Origin: a virus
DNA length: 64,000 nucleotides
IMG/VR virus record: IMGVR_UViG_3300003323_001359
Span: 13,890 to 77,889 of that record
Direction: 5' to 3' (one strand)
Within the stretch, counting starts at the first letter, position 1; every line of letters begins with the position of its first letter. Below, in pieces: positions 38,048 through 47,569 of this stretch. The notes beneath the pieces were generated by a model that saw nothing but the letters and a program-made list of their open reading frames with translations, searched no databases and was not told the DNA's origin. Made by a program: the position numbers and the translations under genes.

Positions 38048-38614
38048 TCAGCTGAACTGCTTGCGGCAGACCGGGCCGATGCCCACCCGGACGCTGGTCG
38101 CGTCCTTGAGCCGGCGGTTGCAGCAGATGCAGCGACCGTACTCGAGCATCAGCTTCTCCGCCTCCGCCAGCGGCAGGCGGTCCCGCAACCGCAAGGTCTT
38201 GACCACGCCGGGCGCGTAGTCGAACTCGAACTTGGCCGTATCACCCAGCTGGGTCAGGCGCTCGCCGCTGATCGGCACGAGCCGCTTGGCGTACAGGTTG
38301 CCCTGCCTGCTGGGCTTGACGAGGAAGACCTCGCCGTTCTTGCCGTAGACGCCGGCGACGAGGGGCTCACCGTCGTCAGCTCGCGTGGCGGCCGGCCGGG
38401 TGATGGGCTTCCTCGGCTGCCCCAGCAGGTAGTCGATCGTGGCTCGGGTGTCCCGCTTGGTCAGCGGCTCCGTGCCGGCACGGTGAGCCTCGAGGCGCGC
38501 CCGCAGGTGAGCCTCGGCCTGAGCCAGCAGCTCCTCGTCGGGGGTGTCGATGAGCTTGCGCTCGGCGATCAGACGCTCGATGAAGTCGATCTGCTTGGGG
38601 CTGCCGTGCTCCAC
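38048..38614 (-). CDS. DUF6011-like zinc-finger protein
   Basis: SPKQIDFI; CICCNRRLKDATSVRVGIGPVC. Confidence 0.72.
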   Translation of the reverse strand: MEHGSPKQIDFIERLIAERKLIDTPDEELLAQAEAHLRARLEAHRAGTEPLTKRDTRATIDYLLGQPRKPITRPAATRADDGEPLVAGVYGKNGEVFLVKPSRQGNLYAKRLVPISGERLTQLGDTAKFEFDYAPGVVKTLRLRDRLPLAEAEKLMLEYGRCICCNRRLKDATSVRVGIGPVCRKQFS

Positions 38615-38655
38615 GGTGTCCTCCTGAGTTCCGGGTTCCTGGCTTGCTGGTACCT

Positions 38656-38684
38656 ACCTTACATCAGGTAGACTAATTTGTAAA
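38656..38684 (-). promoter_or_regulatory. promoter TTTACA-N17-TAAGGT
   Basis: Repeated motif with AGGAAC leader. Confidence 0.75.
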
Positions 38685-38699
38685 CAACTTGTTGAGAGA

Positions 38700-38730
38700 G
38701 GTTGGGGCGGTCCGTGGGACCGCCCCAACC
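38700..38730 (-). terminator. stem-loop terminator
   Basis: ggttggggcggtcc-gtg-ggaccgccccaacc. Confidence 0.7.
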
Positions 38731-38737
38731 CCGAGGC

Positions 38738-39031
38738 TCAATCCTTGATCCACTCCAGCAGGTCGCGGGCGGCGTTCACGGCGCTCGCGACGGGTCGGCT
38801 CGCCCGGTCAAGCAGCACGTCGACGGCGCAGTCCTCGACGCTCTCGTAGCGCACCGCCAGCCGCGTGAGCTCCTCGTACGTGCCGGTGAACGTAATGACC
38901 GGCCAGCCGCAGGCGGGACCGCTCGGGTTGTCGACGACTGCCGTCACGTTGAGGTCGCGGGTGAGGCTCTTGAGGACGTCCTCGATGGTCTCGTTCTCAC
39001 CGTGGCAGACGTCCAGGGTCAGCTTGGGCAT
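38738..39031 (-). CDS. hypothetical protein
   Basis: MPKLTLD...GPACGWPVITFTG; has its own promoter. Confidence 0.65.
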   Translation of the reverse strand: MPKLTLDVCHGENETIEDVLKSLTRDLNVTAVVDNPSGPACGWPVITFTGTYEELTRLAVRYESVEDCAVDVLLDRASRPVASAVNAARDLLEWIKD

Positions 39032-39069
39032 TCTCGATCTCCGTTCCGTCGTTCCTGCTTGCCGTGGTG

Positions 39070-39111
39070 ACCGTACCACAGAGGCCGGCTGTTTGTAAAC
39101 AGCCGGCCTCT
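39070..39111 (-). promoter_or_regulatory. promoter TTTACA-N18-TACGGT with the -35 box at the centre of an inverted repeat with 15-bp arms
   Basis: agaggccggctgttt-gt-aaacagccggcctct (39080-39111). Confidence 0.8.
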
Positions 39112-39114
39112 CGG

Positions 39115-39321
39115 TCACGCGACGTGGGAACGGAGCTGCTTCTCGAGCCGGTGAACGTCCCGGTCGAGGTTGTCCTCCTCGCCCACGATCGCCGTGAGGG
39201 TGATCAGCTCCGGCCCCGCGATCAGCGTGGCGTGTCGCCGGCGGATGTCGTTGATCTCAGCCACCAGCCTGCCGAGCAGCTCGTAGACCCGTCTGAAGCC
39301 GTCGTCATCGTCGTCATCCAC
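39115..39321 (-). CDS. small coiled-coil hypothetical protein
   Basis: GTG overlaps the upstream stop. Confidence 0.5.
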   Translation of the reverse strand: MDDDDDDGFRRVYELLGRLVAEINDIRRRHATLIAGPELITLTAIVGEEDNLDRDVHRLEKQLRSHVA

Positions 39322-39617
39322 TACCTCTCGCCCTCCTCGAGCCGGTGGCCGCGGTACCACTCCACGACCTCGTCCAGGTAGAACCGCCGCACGCTGCCGT
39401 TCGCGGTGGGTCGCTCCCACCCCTCCGGGAAGTGGGTGCGGTGCCGCCGCTTCCACCACAGCCACACGAGCTGGCGGGACACCTCGGGGCTGTCCGGGAA
39501 CATCCGGTTCAGGGTGGAGGCGACGACCTGGTAGCCGCCGCTCATCCGCTCCGTGACGCCCTCGTTGCTTCCCTCGTTCTCGAGCAGCTTCATCACCACC
39601 GCCATCGTCGTCTCCAA
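39321..39617 (-). CDS. HTH/excisionase-like DNA-binding protein
   Basis: VSRQLVWLW...FPE...RRFYLDEVVEWY. Confidence 0.65.
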   Translation of the reverse strand: METTMAVVMKLLENEGSNEGVTERMSGGYQVVASTLNRMFPDSPEVSRQLVWLWWKRRHRTHFPEGWERPTANGSVRRFYLDEVVEWYRGHRLEEGER

Positions 39618-39678
39618 TCCGTTGGTACGCGAAAGCCGCCCACCGCGTTGGTGGACGGCTACCGCGTTGAGTTGTGGG

Positions 39679-40605
39679 TCAGGCGAGCGCCAGCAGGCGC
39701 CTGGTCAGGTTGACGCGGAACCTCGCGCCCTCGCCGTGCATGATGCTCTCGAAGCGAGCGTTGCCGCTTCGCTGGGTCTTCTTGTGATCCATGTACTCGG
39801 TCAGGCCGCCGAGCAGGCCGTACGCGGTGCCACGGTACGGTTGGGTGGTCTCCGAGGTCTGGTAGTTGAGCATGACCGCCTCCACCATGTCCTCCTTCCG
39901 CGGCCGCGAGTCCGGGATGACCTCCTTGATCAGGAGGCGCGCCTTGTCGTCGCTCACCTCGGTCTTCAGCAGCGTCTCCATCGAGGCCTTGAACTCCCTC
40001 TCGAAGCTCACGGTCAGCTCGAAGGACTTCCGGGCCTCCGCGATGCGCTCGCTCAGCTTGCTGGTGTGCTGGAAGCTGAACTTGTCGAGCGCGGTCTGGG
40101 ACACCAGGGGGAGCTGGTTGGTGCACCACACCTTGATCGGGGTCACGTAGCCGCTCACCGAGGAGCTGCCATCGTGGCTGGTCCGCAGGTAGAGGTACAG
40201 CTTGAACTGGTCGTCGTGGATGGTGAACGGCTCGTTGAGCTGCATGGTCATGAAGACCCGCCAGCCGTTGCCCTGCAGGCCGGCGTCCACCCAGCGGGCC
40301 TTGCCGTCGGCGACGAGCGCGTCGCCGAACGCGAACGCGTCCCGGTTCTGCCACACCTCGTACTTGCCCTTGACCGTGCCAAGCTCCTCACCGGTGTCGG
40401 TGCGGTAGATCTCGAAGGACTTCGCCGACGGCACGATCTCACCGTCGAGGTTGGTGCGCAGCAGGGGACGCTTCGCGACCTCCCAGTTCAGGCCGGCGCG
40501 CTCCAGCAGCTCCTCGCTGGTGGTCAGCTCGGAGTCGGCGGTGCCGGTGGTGATGCCGGCCCACGCCAGCTGGCGACCCTCGGTGGGGACGTCCAAGATC
40601 TCCAT
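39679..40605 (-). CDS. DUF932/DUF945-family protein
   Basis: AGLNWEV, Y..WQN, TSHDGS, TPIKVWCTNQL, GTAYGL. Confidence 0.85.
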   Translation of the reverse strand: MEILDVPTEGRQLAWAGITTGTADSELTTSEELLERAGLNWEVAKRPLLRTNLDGEIVPSAKSFEIYRTDTGEELGTVKGKYEVWQNRDAFAFGDALVADGKARWVDAGLQGNGWRVFMTMQLNEPFTIHDDQFKLYLYLRTSHDGSSSVSGYVTPIKVWCTNQLPLVSQTALDKFSFQHTSKLSERIAEARKSFELTVSFEREFKASMETLLKTEVSDDKARLLIKEVIPDSRPRKEDMVEAVMLNYQTSETTQPYRGTAYGLLGGLTEYMDHKKTQRSGNARFESIMHGEGARFRVNLTRRLLALA

Positions 40606-40647
40606 GGTGTCGATTCCTCTCGTTCCGGCGTTCCTGTGTACGAACTC

Positions 40648-40676
40648 ATCATACCAAAGCTCGTTCACCATGTAAA
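40648..40676 (-). promoter_or_regulatory. promoter TTTACA-N17-TATGAT
   Basis: Repeated motif with AGGAAC leader. Confidence 0.8.
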
Positions 40677-40692
40677 CACCTGAGCGGTGAGG

Positions 40693-41940
40693 CTACGCGA
40701 CGTCCTGAAGGCGGCGCGCGGTCTTCCAGTCATGCGAGACGTCGATGAGGCGTGCGCCGGTCTCGATGAGGTCGCCGACCTCGCTGCCGGGGTTGCCGTT
40801 GAGGCTCTCCCGGACCCAGGTCATGATCCACCGGGCGGGTGCGACGCTGGTGCCCTTGCCCCAGTAGGCGGAGAGCTGCGGGTCGTCGTGAACGGGGCTG
40901 ATGAGGTAGTCGTCGGGGAAGCCCATGATGCGGGCGGCCTCGCGGTTGGTGATGACGCGGCCGTTAGGATGCCACACCATGTAGACGCCGGCGCCGCTGA
41001 GCACGCGACCGGGGTCGGTCCACGACCAGCACTTGGTCTGGTTGAACCCGCCGGGGTTGAAGCCTCGCTCGAGGAGGTGCTTGTCGCGGGTGAGGCCGTT
41101 CCCGCCGGGCTGCGGGTACTGGTAGGACTCGGGCAGGTAGCCGTGCAGCTCGTAGTGCCGCTTGAGAACGTCGCCCTCCCTCTCACCGGGTGCCCAGCCG
41201 GCGCCGGCGTGGATGTCGGTGAGGCGCCTGGTAAAGGCGTTCTCACGGAAGTGGTGACCGTCGACGTGGCCGTCGGTGCGGCGCATCGACGCGCTCCACG
41301 CGGTGGGCGCGTTGACGTAGGGCTGGTCGTCCCACGCGAGCTGCTGGTTGGTGAGGTCGAACAGGGCGTCACCGAGGGTGGCGACCCGACCGATGACGGG
41401 TCGCTCGACGCCGAACGGGACCTGGCTGAGCACGAGGAAGTAGCGCTTGCGGTTGGTGCAGCCGCCGACGCTGAGGTTGTTCTGCAGCACGTGCGTCGTG
41501 GTGTACCACAGGCCGGTGCGCTGGTTGAGCTCGCTGGCCAGGCGGGTCATGAGGCTGACGCCCTTGGTGTAGGCCTGGCTGACCGACTCCATGACCACGG
41601 CGGCGGGGCGGACCCGGGCGGCGTAGCCGATGAGGTCCCACATGCAGTCGTTGATCGACGAGTCGATGCCGTGCTTGCCGGTGCCATAGGTCATGCCGCT
41701 GAACGCGGCGCACGGTGGGGTGCCGACCACGACGTCGGCCTGGAAGGTCTCCCAGTCGGTCGCGGGGTCGCCGACCTGGTAGCTCCAGTCCTCACCGAGG
41801 AAGGCGCGGTTGGCGTTCATCAACGGCAGGCCGAAGCCGCCCCTCTTCTCGACCTTGTTGACGAGCCGCAGGCCGGCCTGCGTGGCACCGACGGCCATGC
41901 CGCCGGCAAAGCCTTGGCAGTCAATGAACGTGAGCGTCAT
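40693..41940 (-). CDS. divergent DNA cytosine-C5 methyltransferase
   Basis: DCQGFAGG, GTPPC..FS, MESV, RKRYF, REAARIMGFPD. Confidence 0.8.
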   Translation of the reverse strand: MTLTFIDCQGFAGGMAVGATQAGLRLVNKVEKRGGFGLPLMNANRAFLGEDWSYQVGDPATDWETFQADVVVGTPPCAAFSGMTYGTGKHGIDSSINDCMWDLIGYAARVRPAAVVMESVSQAYTKGVSLMTRLASELNQRTGLWYTTTHVLQNNLSVGGCTNRKRYFLVLSQVPFGVERPVIGRVATLGDALFDLTNQQLAWDDQPYVNAPTAWSASMRRTDGHVDGHHFRENAFTRRLTDIHAGAGWAPGEREGDVLKRHYELHGYLPESYQYPQPGGNGLTRDKHLLERGFNPGGFNQTKCWSWTDPGRVLSGAGVYMVWHPNGRVITNREAARIMGFPDDYLISPVHDDPQLSAYWGKGTSVAPARWIMTWVRESLNGNPGSEVGDLIETGARLIDVSHDWKTARRLQDVA

Positions 41941-41980
41941 GCCGTGATCCTATCAGGTTGTCATCAATCCGCGGACAGGG

Positions 41981-42017
41981 AACGAGCGGGGAACCATGGC
42001 CCGGTTCCCCGCTCGTT
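41981..42017 (-). terminator. stem-loop terminator
   Basis: aacgagcggggaacc-N7-ggttccccgctcgtt. Confidence 0.7.
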
Positions 42018-42026
42018 GGCTGCTGG

Positions 42027-42410
42027 CTAGCTCTCGACGGTCGCCCAGTGCCCGTCGTACGCGCTGGCGTGCCGGTCCCGGTTCTTGGCGATCTTGGCTC
42101 GCACGGCGTCGAGGAGACGGCGCTCGCTCACGTCACCCGCGAGCATCAGGTTCAGGAAGAAGATGAGCACGTCCGCGAGCTCACCGACGTACGCGTCCTC
42201 GTTGATCTCCGCGTCGATCGGGTAGGTCGCCCACGGCTTCCACGGCGTCTCGTCGAGAGCCTCGGTCACCTCCTTGATGATCGCGAGAGCCTGCTCGCGG
42301 ATGTACCGCGCGACGTCGCGGCCATCCATGTCCTCGAAGTTGTGTCCCATCAGCTCCTGCAGCTCGGCCTGCTCCTTGAGCAGCAGGCCGAGCTCACCGT
42401 CAACGCTCAT
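42027..42410 (-). CDS. all-alpha dNTP pyrophosphatase (dimeric dUTPase/dCTPase/MazG-like)
   Basis: KEVTEALDE.PWKPW; GELADVLIF. Confidence 0.8.
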   Translation of the reverse strand: MSVDGELGLLLKEQAELQELMGHNFEDMDGRDVARYIREQALAIIKEVTEALDETPWKPWATYPIDAEINEDAYVGELADVLIFFLNLMLAGDVSERRLLDAVRAKIAKNRDRHASAYDGHWATVES

Positions 42411-43435
42411 TCCTTGATCATTCCTTCCAGTTCCGTGAGGTACCGGTCGCGTGACCAGACCTTGACGCGCAGGCAGCTCGCCTGCGCCTCCGCGAGCTCC
42501 CGCAGCTCGCTCGTGGTGAGGGTCTCAACCCCCTGGACGTCGGTGAGGTACGGCGCACCGAGCCGACGTACCTCGTCCTGGTCGGCCAGCAGCACCGATC
42601 GGGTCATCGCGGCGTACACGAACCGGTTGCGCCACCAGCCCGAGCCGGCGACCTTCTTGTAGAGAGGGCTGAGGACGCCCCAGCTGTCGGCGTACATCGC
42701 GACCAGGTCCGCCTCCTGCATCGGCGGCGCGCCCTCCTTCGGGCGGCCGGCCAGGTGCAGGTCCCACGTCATCGGGCCGAGGGACTTGAGCCACGTGGAC
42801 TGATCGCTGAGCACTCCAAGCACCCACCGGCGGTGCCGCTCCCCGTCCGTGAGCCGGGGCTCCGGCAGTGGATAGGGCCGCGTGTACGAGGTGGGGTCGA
42901 GGAAGAACGACCGCTCCGCGGGCAGGTGACCCGACAGCAGCTTGTGGTCGCCCCACGCGAACGCGGGGTAGATCACGGGCGGCCACGGGCGGGTCAGCAT
43001 CCGCTCGAGGTGGTGATCCAGGACGCGCTGGCCCTCGGGGCTCACGAGCCACCCGTAGCCGGGCCGCCCCTTGAAGACGGTCTCGCGAGCGAGCCGGCTC
43101 GGGAGGCGAGCGACGGTCATGAGGTTGTCGAGGATGCGGGGGAACTGCCAGTCATCCACGTTGAGGATGACCCGCTTGCCCGCGGCCTCGGCGCGCTCGA
43201 TGAGGTTGAGGACGGGGTAGACGTGGTGACCGGCGATGCTGAGGCACGGGACCTGACCCACGATCAGGACGTCGTGGGTCAGGGCCTCGTCGTCGTCGAT
43301 CACCACCGGCCGCTGCGTGACCTCGTGGCCGAGGTCACGCAGCGCCTGAACGTGCATCTCAATGACCGGCTGGTAGCCCTGCTTCGTGGAGCTGCCGCAC
43401 TGCTGCTGAGACGCACCGGTGACGAGGATCCGCAT
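42407..43435 (-). CDS. putative GT-B fold (DNA) glycosyltransferase
   Basis: MRILVTG, ALRDLGHEV, VDDWQ, Y..SWGVLSP.Y..GSGWWRNRF; nucleotide-modification neighbourhood. Confidence 0.5.
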   Translation of the reverse strand: MRILVTGASQQQCGSSTKQGYQPVIEMHVQALRDLGHEVTQRPVVIDDDEALTHDVLIVGQVPCLSIAGHHVYPVLNLIERAEAAGKRVILNVDDWQFPRILDNLMTVARLPSRLARETVFKGRPGYGWLVSPEGQRVLDHHLERMLTRPWPPVIYPAFAWGDHKLLSGHLPAERSFFLDPTSYTRPYPLPEPRLTDGERHRRWVLGVLSDQSTWLKSLGPMTWDLHLAGRPKEGAPPMQEADLVAMYADSWGVLSPLYKKVAGSGWWRNRFVYAAMTRSVLLADQDEVRRLGAPYLTDVQGVETLTTSELRELAEAQASCLRVKVWSRDRYLTELEGMIKE

Positions 43436-43437
43436 GG

Positions 43438-44010
43438 TCAGAACGGCAGCTCGGGCGCGGGCGCCGTGGGAGCCGGTGCCGCCGCGGCAACCGGCGGGGC
43501 CGGGGGCGGTGCCGGCTGCGTGACCGTCGGCATCGAGGGCGCGCCCGCGCTGGGCGGCACCACGGGCATCGACGTCGGTGCCGGCGACGCGACGGTCGCG
43601 GTGCCGTCGAGCGGCGGCAGCACGCTCTGCACCTCGTTCCGGTCCTGCCCCTGGTACTCCCGGGTGCCGATCTTGATGCGGCACGTGCGTCCGACGAGGG
43701 TCGCCGCGACGTGGTCCAGCGGAGGGTTCGCGGCGAAGAACGCCTCGTCCAGTCCCAGGGCCGCCATGTGCCGGAAGAAGAACGCGAGCGCGTTCGCGCT
43801 GTCCGGCGAGATGACGAACTGGTTGAAGACCCGTCGGCCCTCGTGCGGCCCGTTCTGGATCTTGAACTGGACCTTGATCATGTCCTTGCCGGTGGAGGAC
43901 TGGGTGGCCTCCGCGGTGTCGACGAACGTGTCGTAGACGCCGTTGGGGACCGGCGTGAACGCGGCGTCGCCCGCGGCCTGCTGCAGGTCCTTCCAGTTGA
44001 TTCCCGCCAT
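43438..44010 (-). CDS. DUF669-type single-stranded DNA-binding protein
   Basis: FTPVPNGVY, STGKDMIK, PHEGRRVF; Pro-rich tail ending LPF. Confidence 0.8.
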   Translation of the reverse strand: MAGINWKDLQQAAGDAAFTPVPNGVYDTFVDTAEATQSSTGKDMIKVQFKIQNGPHEGRRVFNQFVISPDSANALAFFFRHMAALGLDEAFFAANPPLDHVAATLVGRTCRIKIGTREYQGQDRNEVQSVLPPLDGTATVASPAPTSMPVVPPSAGAPSMPTVTQPAPPPAPPVAAAAPAPTAPAPELPF

Positions 44011-44016
44011 GCGGTG

Positions 44017-44796
44017 TTACCTCTTCTCGCTCAGGTTGACGGCCAGGTTGGCCGCTGAGGACGTGGTGGGCAGCGTCGCTTCCTCGCCGCGGATGCGAGC
44101 GAGGATCTCGCTGATGTTCGGGCTGTCGATGTAGCTGCTGAGCAGGTGCTCCGGCAGCCGGTGCCCGGTCTCGAAGCCGGGGAAGTTGCCGCAGAACAGC
44201 CGTCGGGTCTGCGTGCCGTCCTCGCTGACGACGACGTCGAGGTAGCAGCAGGCGTCGACGTAGTACGGCAGGGTGGTCGCGAGCGAGCCCTGGATGTGGG
44301 GGCCCCACGCGCCGTCGTTCCGCTGCTTGGCCATCGCGATGAGCAGGACGGCGTCGAGCGGCTTGATCGGGTTGGTGACGAGGTCCCGGAACTTGCGGAC
44401 GAGGTCGCTGACGACCCGCAGCAGCTGACCCCAGTCCTGCACCTTCATGGCGCTGGAGCCAACCATGTCGTCGATGGCGCGCTGCTGGACCTCCGAGATG
44501 GAGTCGATGACGACGCTGCGGAACGGGTGCTTGCCGCTGTTGAGCCACTCGTAGGCCTTGAGCACGTCCTTGTACTCACGGACCGGCACGAGCGCCGTGT
44601 CCCAGCTGCCGTCGGGAACCGGCGGGGCCTGCGCCTTGGGGTCCCAGATCATCTTGCGGCTGGGGGTCCACCGGCTGCCGGCCTCCGCGTCGAGCACGAC
44701 GCGGGGCGCCGGGGTGGTGTCACCGAGCCACGACTTTCCCTTCTTGGAGGCACCGAAGACGATGCAGTTGAAGCCGTAGTGGTTGGTGTCAGCCAC
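44017..44796 (-). CDS. AAA_24/Sak4-like recombination ATPase
   Basis: FGASKKGKS, VVIDSISE, QDWG. Confidence 0.8.
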   Translation of the reverse strand: MADTNHYGFNCIVFGASKKGKSWLGDTTPAPRVVLDAEAGSRWTPSRKMIWDPKAQAPPVPDGSWDTALVPVREYKDVLKAYEWLNSGKHPFRSVVIDSISEVQQRAIDDMVGSSAMKVQDWGQLLRVVSDLVRKFRDLVTNPIKPLDAVLLIAMAKQRNDGAWGPHIQGSLATTLPYYVDACCYLDVVVSEDGTQTRRLFCGNFPGFETGHRLPEHLLSSYIDSPNISEILARIRGEEATLPTTSSAANLAVNLSEKR

Positions 44797-45743
44797 TATC
44801 CCTCGCTTTCCGTATCCGTTCCGAGGTCCGCGACCAGGTACCGGATAGTATCGCGTTCGTAGTATTGATAGGGATCCCCGAGCGTGAAGTTCGCGCGAAG
44901 CGCGGCGTCCCACCGGCTGCCGTCGTCCATGAGCGGGCAGACGCGGCTGAAGGGACAGCCCCAGTCGCAGTAGTCGGTGGCCGTGGGGTAGACCACGGCG
45001 TGGTGACTCTCGCCGGCGTCGAGGCGCTGGTGGGCCTCGAGGATCTCACCGGTGACGGCGAGGACCCGCAGGTAGGTGGCGTTGAGGTCGTGCCGGTTGT
45101 AGCTGATCTCCACCTGCTGGTAGAACGGCGGCGCGGCGCGGACGGTCCGCTTCGACCGCTTGATCATCGTGTACAGCGCGCCGTCGACGCGGTGCTCCGG
45201 GAACCGAAGCGCGAGAAGCATCGCGTAGAACCGCATCTGCTGGTCGAGCACGAGCCGGTCGGCCTTGCTCAGGGTTCCCACGGTCTTGAAGTCCCGCAGC
45301 AGGAGCGCGCCGTCGGTGCGTCGGCGCACCAGCTGGTCGAGCTTGGCGCGCACCGTGACGGGACCGAGCGCGGTGTCGAGGACGTGCTTGAGCTCGCGCT
45401 CCACGTCCACGGTCTCGAGGTTGACGTCGATCGCCTCGTCGTCGAGCCACTGCACGTAGCCCTCGATCATGGCTCGCGCGAGGTCGAGCTGCTTCTCGAG
45501 GTCGAGCGCGAAGTCGGGGCGGTTCAACGCCTCCATCTCGTAGATCCAACGGAGAGCCTCGAGAGGGTCGATGCCGTAGCCGTACCAGGCCTCGAGCGCG
45601 AGGTGGACCCGCGTGCCGAGGACCGCGACGCCGACGGGTGACGTGTCCTCGAGGCGGGGCTGCCACCGCCAGTGATAGACGAGCGCCCAGTGCCGACGGC
45701 ACCGCTGAAACGACTGCATCTCACTGTTGCTGATCTCGAGCAT
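44796..45743 (-). CDS. Cas4/RecB-like PD-(D/E)XK exonuclease
   Basis: SNSE..SFQRC, GTRVH, KLD...DFKT, CDWGCPF..VC. Confidence 0.85.
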   Translation of the reverse strand: MLEISNSEMQSFQRCRRHWALVYHWRWQPRLEDTSPVGVAVLGTRVHLALEAWYGYGIDPLEALRWIYEMEALNRPDFALDLEKQLDLARAMIEGYVQWLDDEAIDVNLETVDVERELKHVLDTALGPVTVRAKLDQLVRRRTDGALLLRDFKTVGTLSKADRLVLDQQMRFYAMLLALRFPEHRVDGALYTMIKRSKRTVRAAPPFYQQVEISYNRHDLNATYLRVLAVTGEILEAHQRLDAGESHHAVVYPTATDYCDWGCPFSRVCPLMDDGSRWDAALRANFTLGDPYQYYERDTIRYLVADLGTDTESEG

Positions 45744-47569
45744 CAGCGACCTCCCAGCATCCGTCGCAGGGCCTCAGCGTCCTGCATGACCTGCTCGATC
45801 CGCGCGCCCTTGCGCTCCAGGATGTCCCGCCGTCGCTCCTCCACGGTTCCCGGCGCGATCTGCTCGATGATGTTGATGCCGTTGGGGTGGATCTCGGAGC
45901 CGATGCGGTAGATCCGATCCTCTCCCTGCGTGTTCCGCAGGGGGCTGAACGACCGCTGCATGAACAGCATGCTGTCGGCCCGGGTCAGGGTCAGACCCTC
46001 CGCGCCGGCACCGAGCGTGAGCAGCATCACCCGAAGCCGTCCCTCCTGGAAGCGACGCACGTTCTCTCCCCGCTCGAACGGTGACAAGGCACCGGTCACG
46101 AGCCCGTGGCTGATCCTCTCCTTGGTGAGCCGCGCCGCGGCGAGCTCGATGAGCTGCCGGGACTCCGCGGCGACCACGAGCGGCTTGTCCCCGAGCTCGC
46201 CGAGAAGGTCGACGAGGTCGTCGACCTTGGGTGACGCACCGGTGAGCCGAACCTTGCCGTCCTCACCGATCTCCGCCGCGGCCGCGGCGAACTGCAGCAG
46301 CCGCGTGAACTGCTCGACCGTGGATCGCGCGACGAGGATCTCGTTGAGCTCAGCCAGCATGGTAAGCTCCATCTGCCGGTACGCCCTGGCTTGCTTGGTT
46401 CCCATGGGCGTCTCGCGGTAGACGGTCGGCAGCTTGGGCGGCAGCTGCGGCAGCGCGGCTCGCTTCAGCACGCGACGGAACAGGGGCGTGGTCACGGCCC
46501 GGAACTCGGGCTCGGTGGCCGGGTTGAGGCCGATGATCTCCGTGCCGCCCCAGAGGCCGTACGACTTCTCCGCGTAGCGGTCGAGGTACTTGGTCCGGGT
46601 GGGGAACCACTCGGGAAGCACCGCGTGCAGCAGGCCCCACAGGTCGCCGACGTGGTCGTTGACCGGGGTGCCGGTGAGCACGAATCGGTGCTCCGCGGCG
46701 TGAGCCACGGCGAACGCGGCGAGGGTCTGCTGCGAGGAGGGCACCGTGGTCCGGGTGCCGTCCTCGTTGGTGATGACCCTGCCGCCGACGTGGCAGAGAC
46801 GGTGAGCCTCGTCGAAGACGACGGTACGGTGCCCGAGAGCGTTGAGCTCCTTGGGTGTCTTCTGAGCCTCGGTGAGCCGTACCGAGCCGTACGGCGCGAG
46901 CCGCGAGTGCAGCTTGAGCAGGTCGTAGTTGATGACGTACACGTCGGCGGGCGTGGCGAGCTGCTCCCGGCGCTTGGCCATGGAGCCGTCGACGACGACG
47001 ACCCGCAGCTCGGGGGCCCAGTCCGCGAGCTCCCGCAGCCAGACGGTGTTCTTGAGGCTGTTGGGGCAGACGATGAGCGCCGGGAACGGGTCGTTGCCGA
47101 GCTCGTTGAGCACCTGCAGGGTACGGATCACCTGCACGGTCTTTCCGGTCCCCATCTCGTCGTAGAGGCCGGCACGCTTCGCGGTCGCGAGGTACGCCAC
47201 GCCGGCTCGCTGGAAGTCCTTGAGGGTCAGGATGTCGTCGGTCTCGACGCGGTCGATGGCCTTGGCGATCGCGGCCCACCGCGGCCAGTTGGAGGTGGGA
47301 AGGCTCATCGCCTCTCGCACCTCCTCGATGGGCTGAAGGAAGTCCCGCCGGAACTCCCAGGCCCACGCGATGAGGCTCTCGTCGAGCTCGAGGTCGCCCT
47401 TGAAGACGCCGCGGAGCTGCAGGCAGGCCGGCCACGTGAGCGGCAGCTGCCACGTGTCGGTCTTCTTGCTCCAGCTGCTGCCGGGGATGACCGAGAGCCG
47501 GTCCTTGTCGGAGAGGTTGGCCTTGACGATGATCCGGTTGAGGTCGTGGTCGACGCGCGCTCTAGCCAC
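45743..47569 (-). CDS. SNF2-family helicase
   Basis: DEMGTGKT, DEAH, LTGTP, QGEDRIYRIG. Confidence 0.9.
   Translation of the reverse strand: MARARVDHDLNRIIVKANLSDKDRLSVIPGSSWSKKTDTWQLPLTWPACLQLRGVFKGDLELDESLIAWAWEFRRDFLQPIEEVREAMSLPTSNWPRWAAIAKAIDRVETDDILTLKDFQRAGVAYLATAKRAGLYDEMGTGKTVQVIRTLQVLNELGNDPFPALIVCPNSLKNTVWLRELADWAPELRVVVVDGSMAKRREQLATPADVYVINYDLLKLHSRLAPYGSVRLTEAQKTPKELNALGHRTVVFDEAHRLCHVGGRVITNEDGTRTTVPSSQQTLAAFAVAHAAEHRFVLTGTPVNDHVGDLWGLLHAVLPEWFPTRTKYLDRYAEKSYGLWGGTEIIGLNPATEPEFRAVTTPLFRRVLKRAALPQLPPKLPTVYRETPMGTKQARAYRQMELTMLAELNEILVARSTVEQFTRLLQFAAAAAEIGEDGKVRLTGASPKVDDLVDLLGELGDKPLVVAAESRQLIELAAARLTKERISHGLVTGALSPFERGENVRRFQEGRLRVMLLTLGAGAEGLTLTRADSMLFMQRSFSPLRNTQGEDRIYRIGSEIHPNGINIIEQIAPGTVEERRRDILERKGARIEQVMQDAEALRRMLGGR

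Noticed and set aside
42407-44548. 713-aa ORF as listed in the track
   Set aside because: The upstream half overlaps the SSB and ATPase genes in another frame; the likely start is ATG 43435. Similar over-extensions were trimmed for 1005, 3164, 17343, 27812 and 33845.
44796-45743. CRISPR-Cas system suggested by the Cas4-like gene
   Set aside because: No repeat-spacer array or other cas genes; it sits in the usual SSB/Sak4/exonuclease recombination module.
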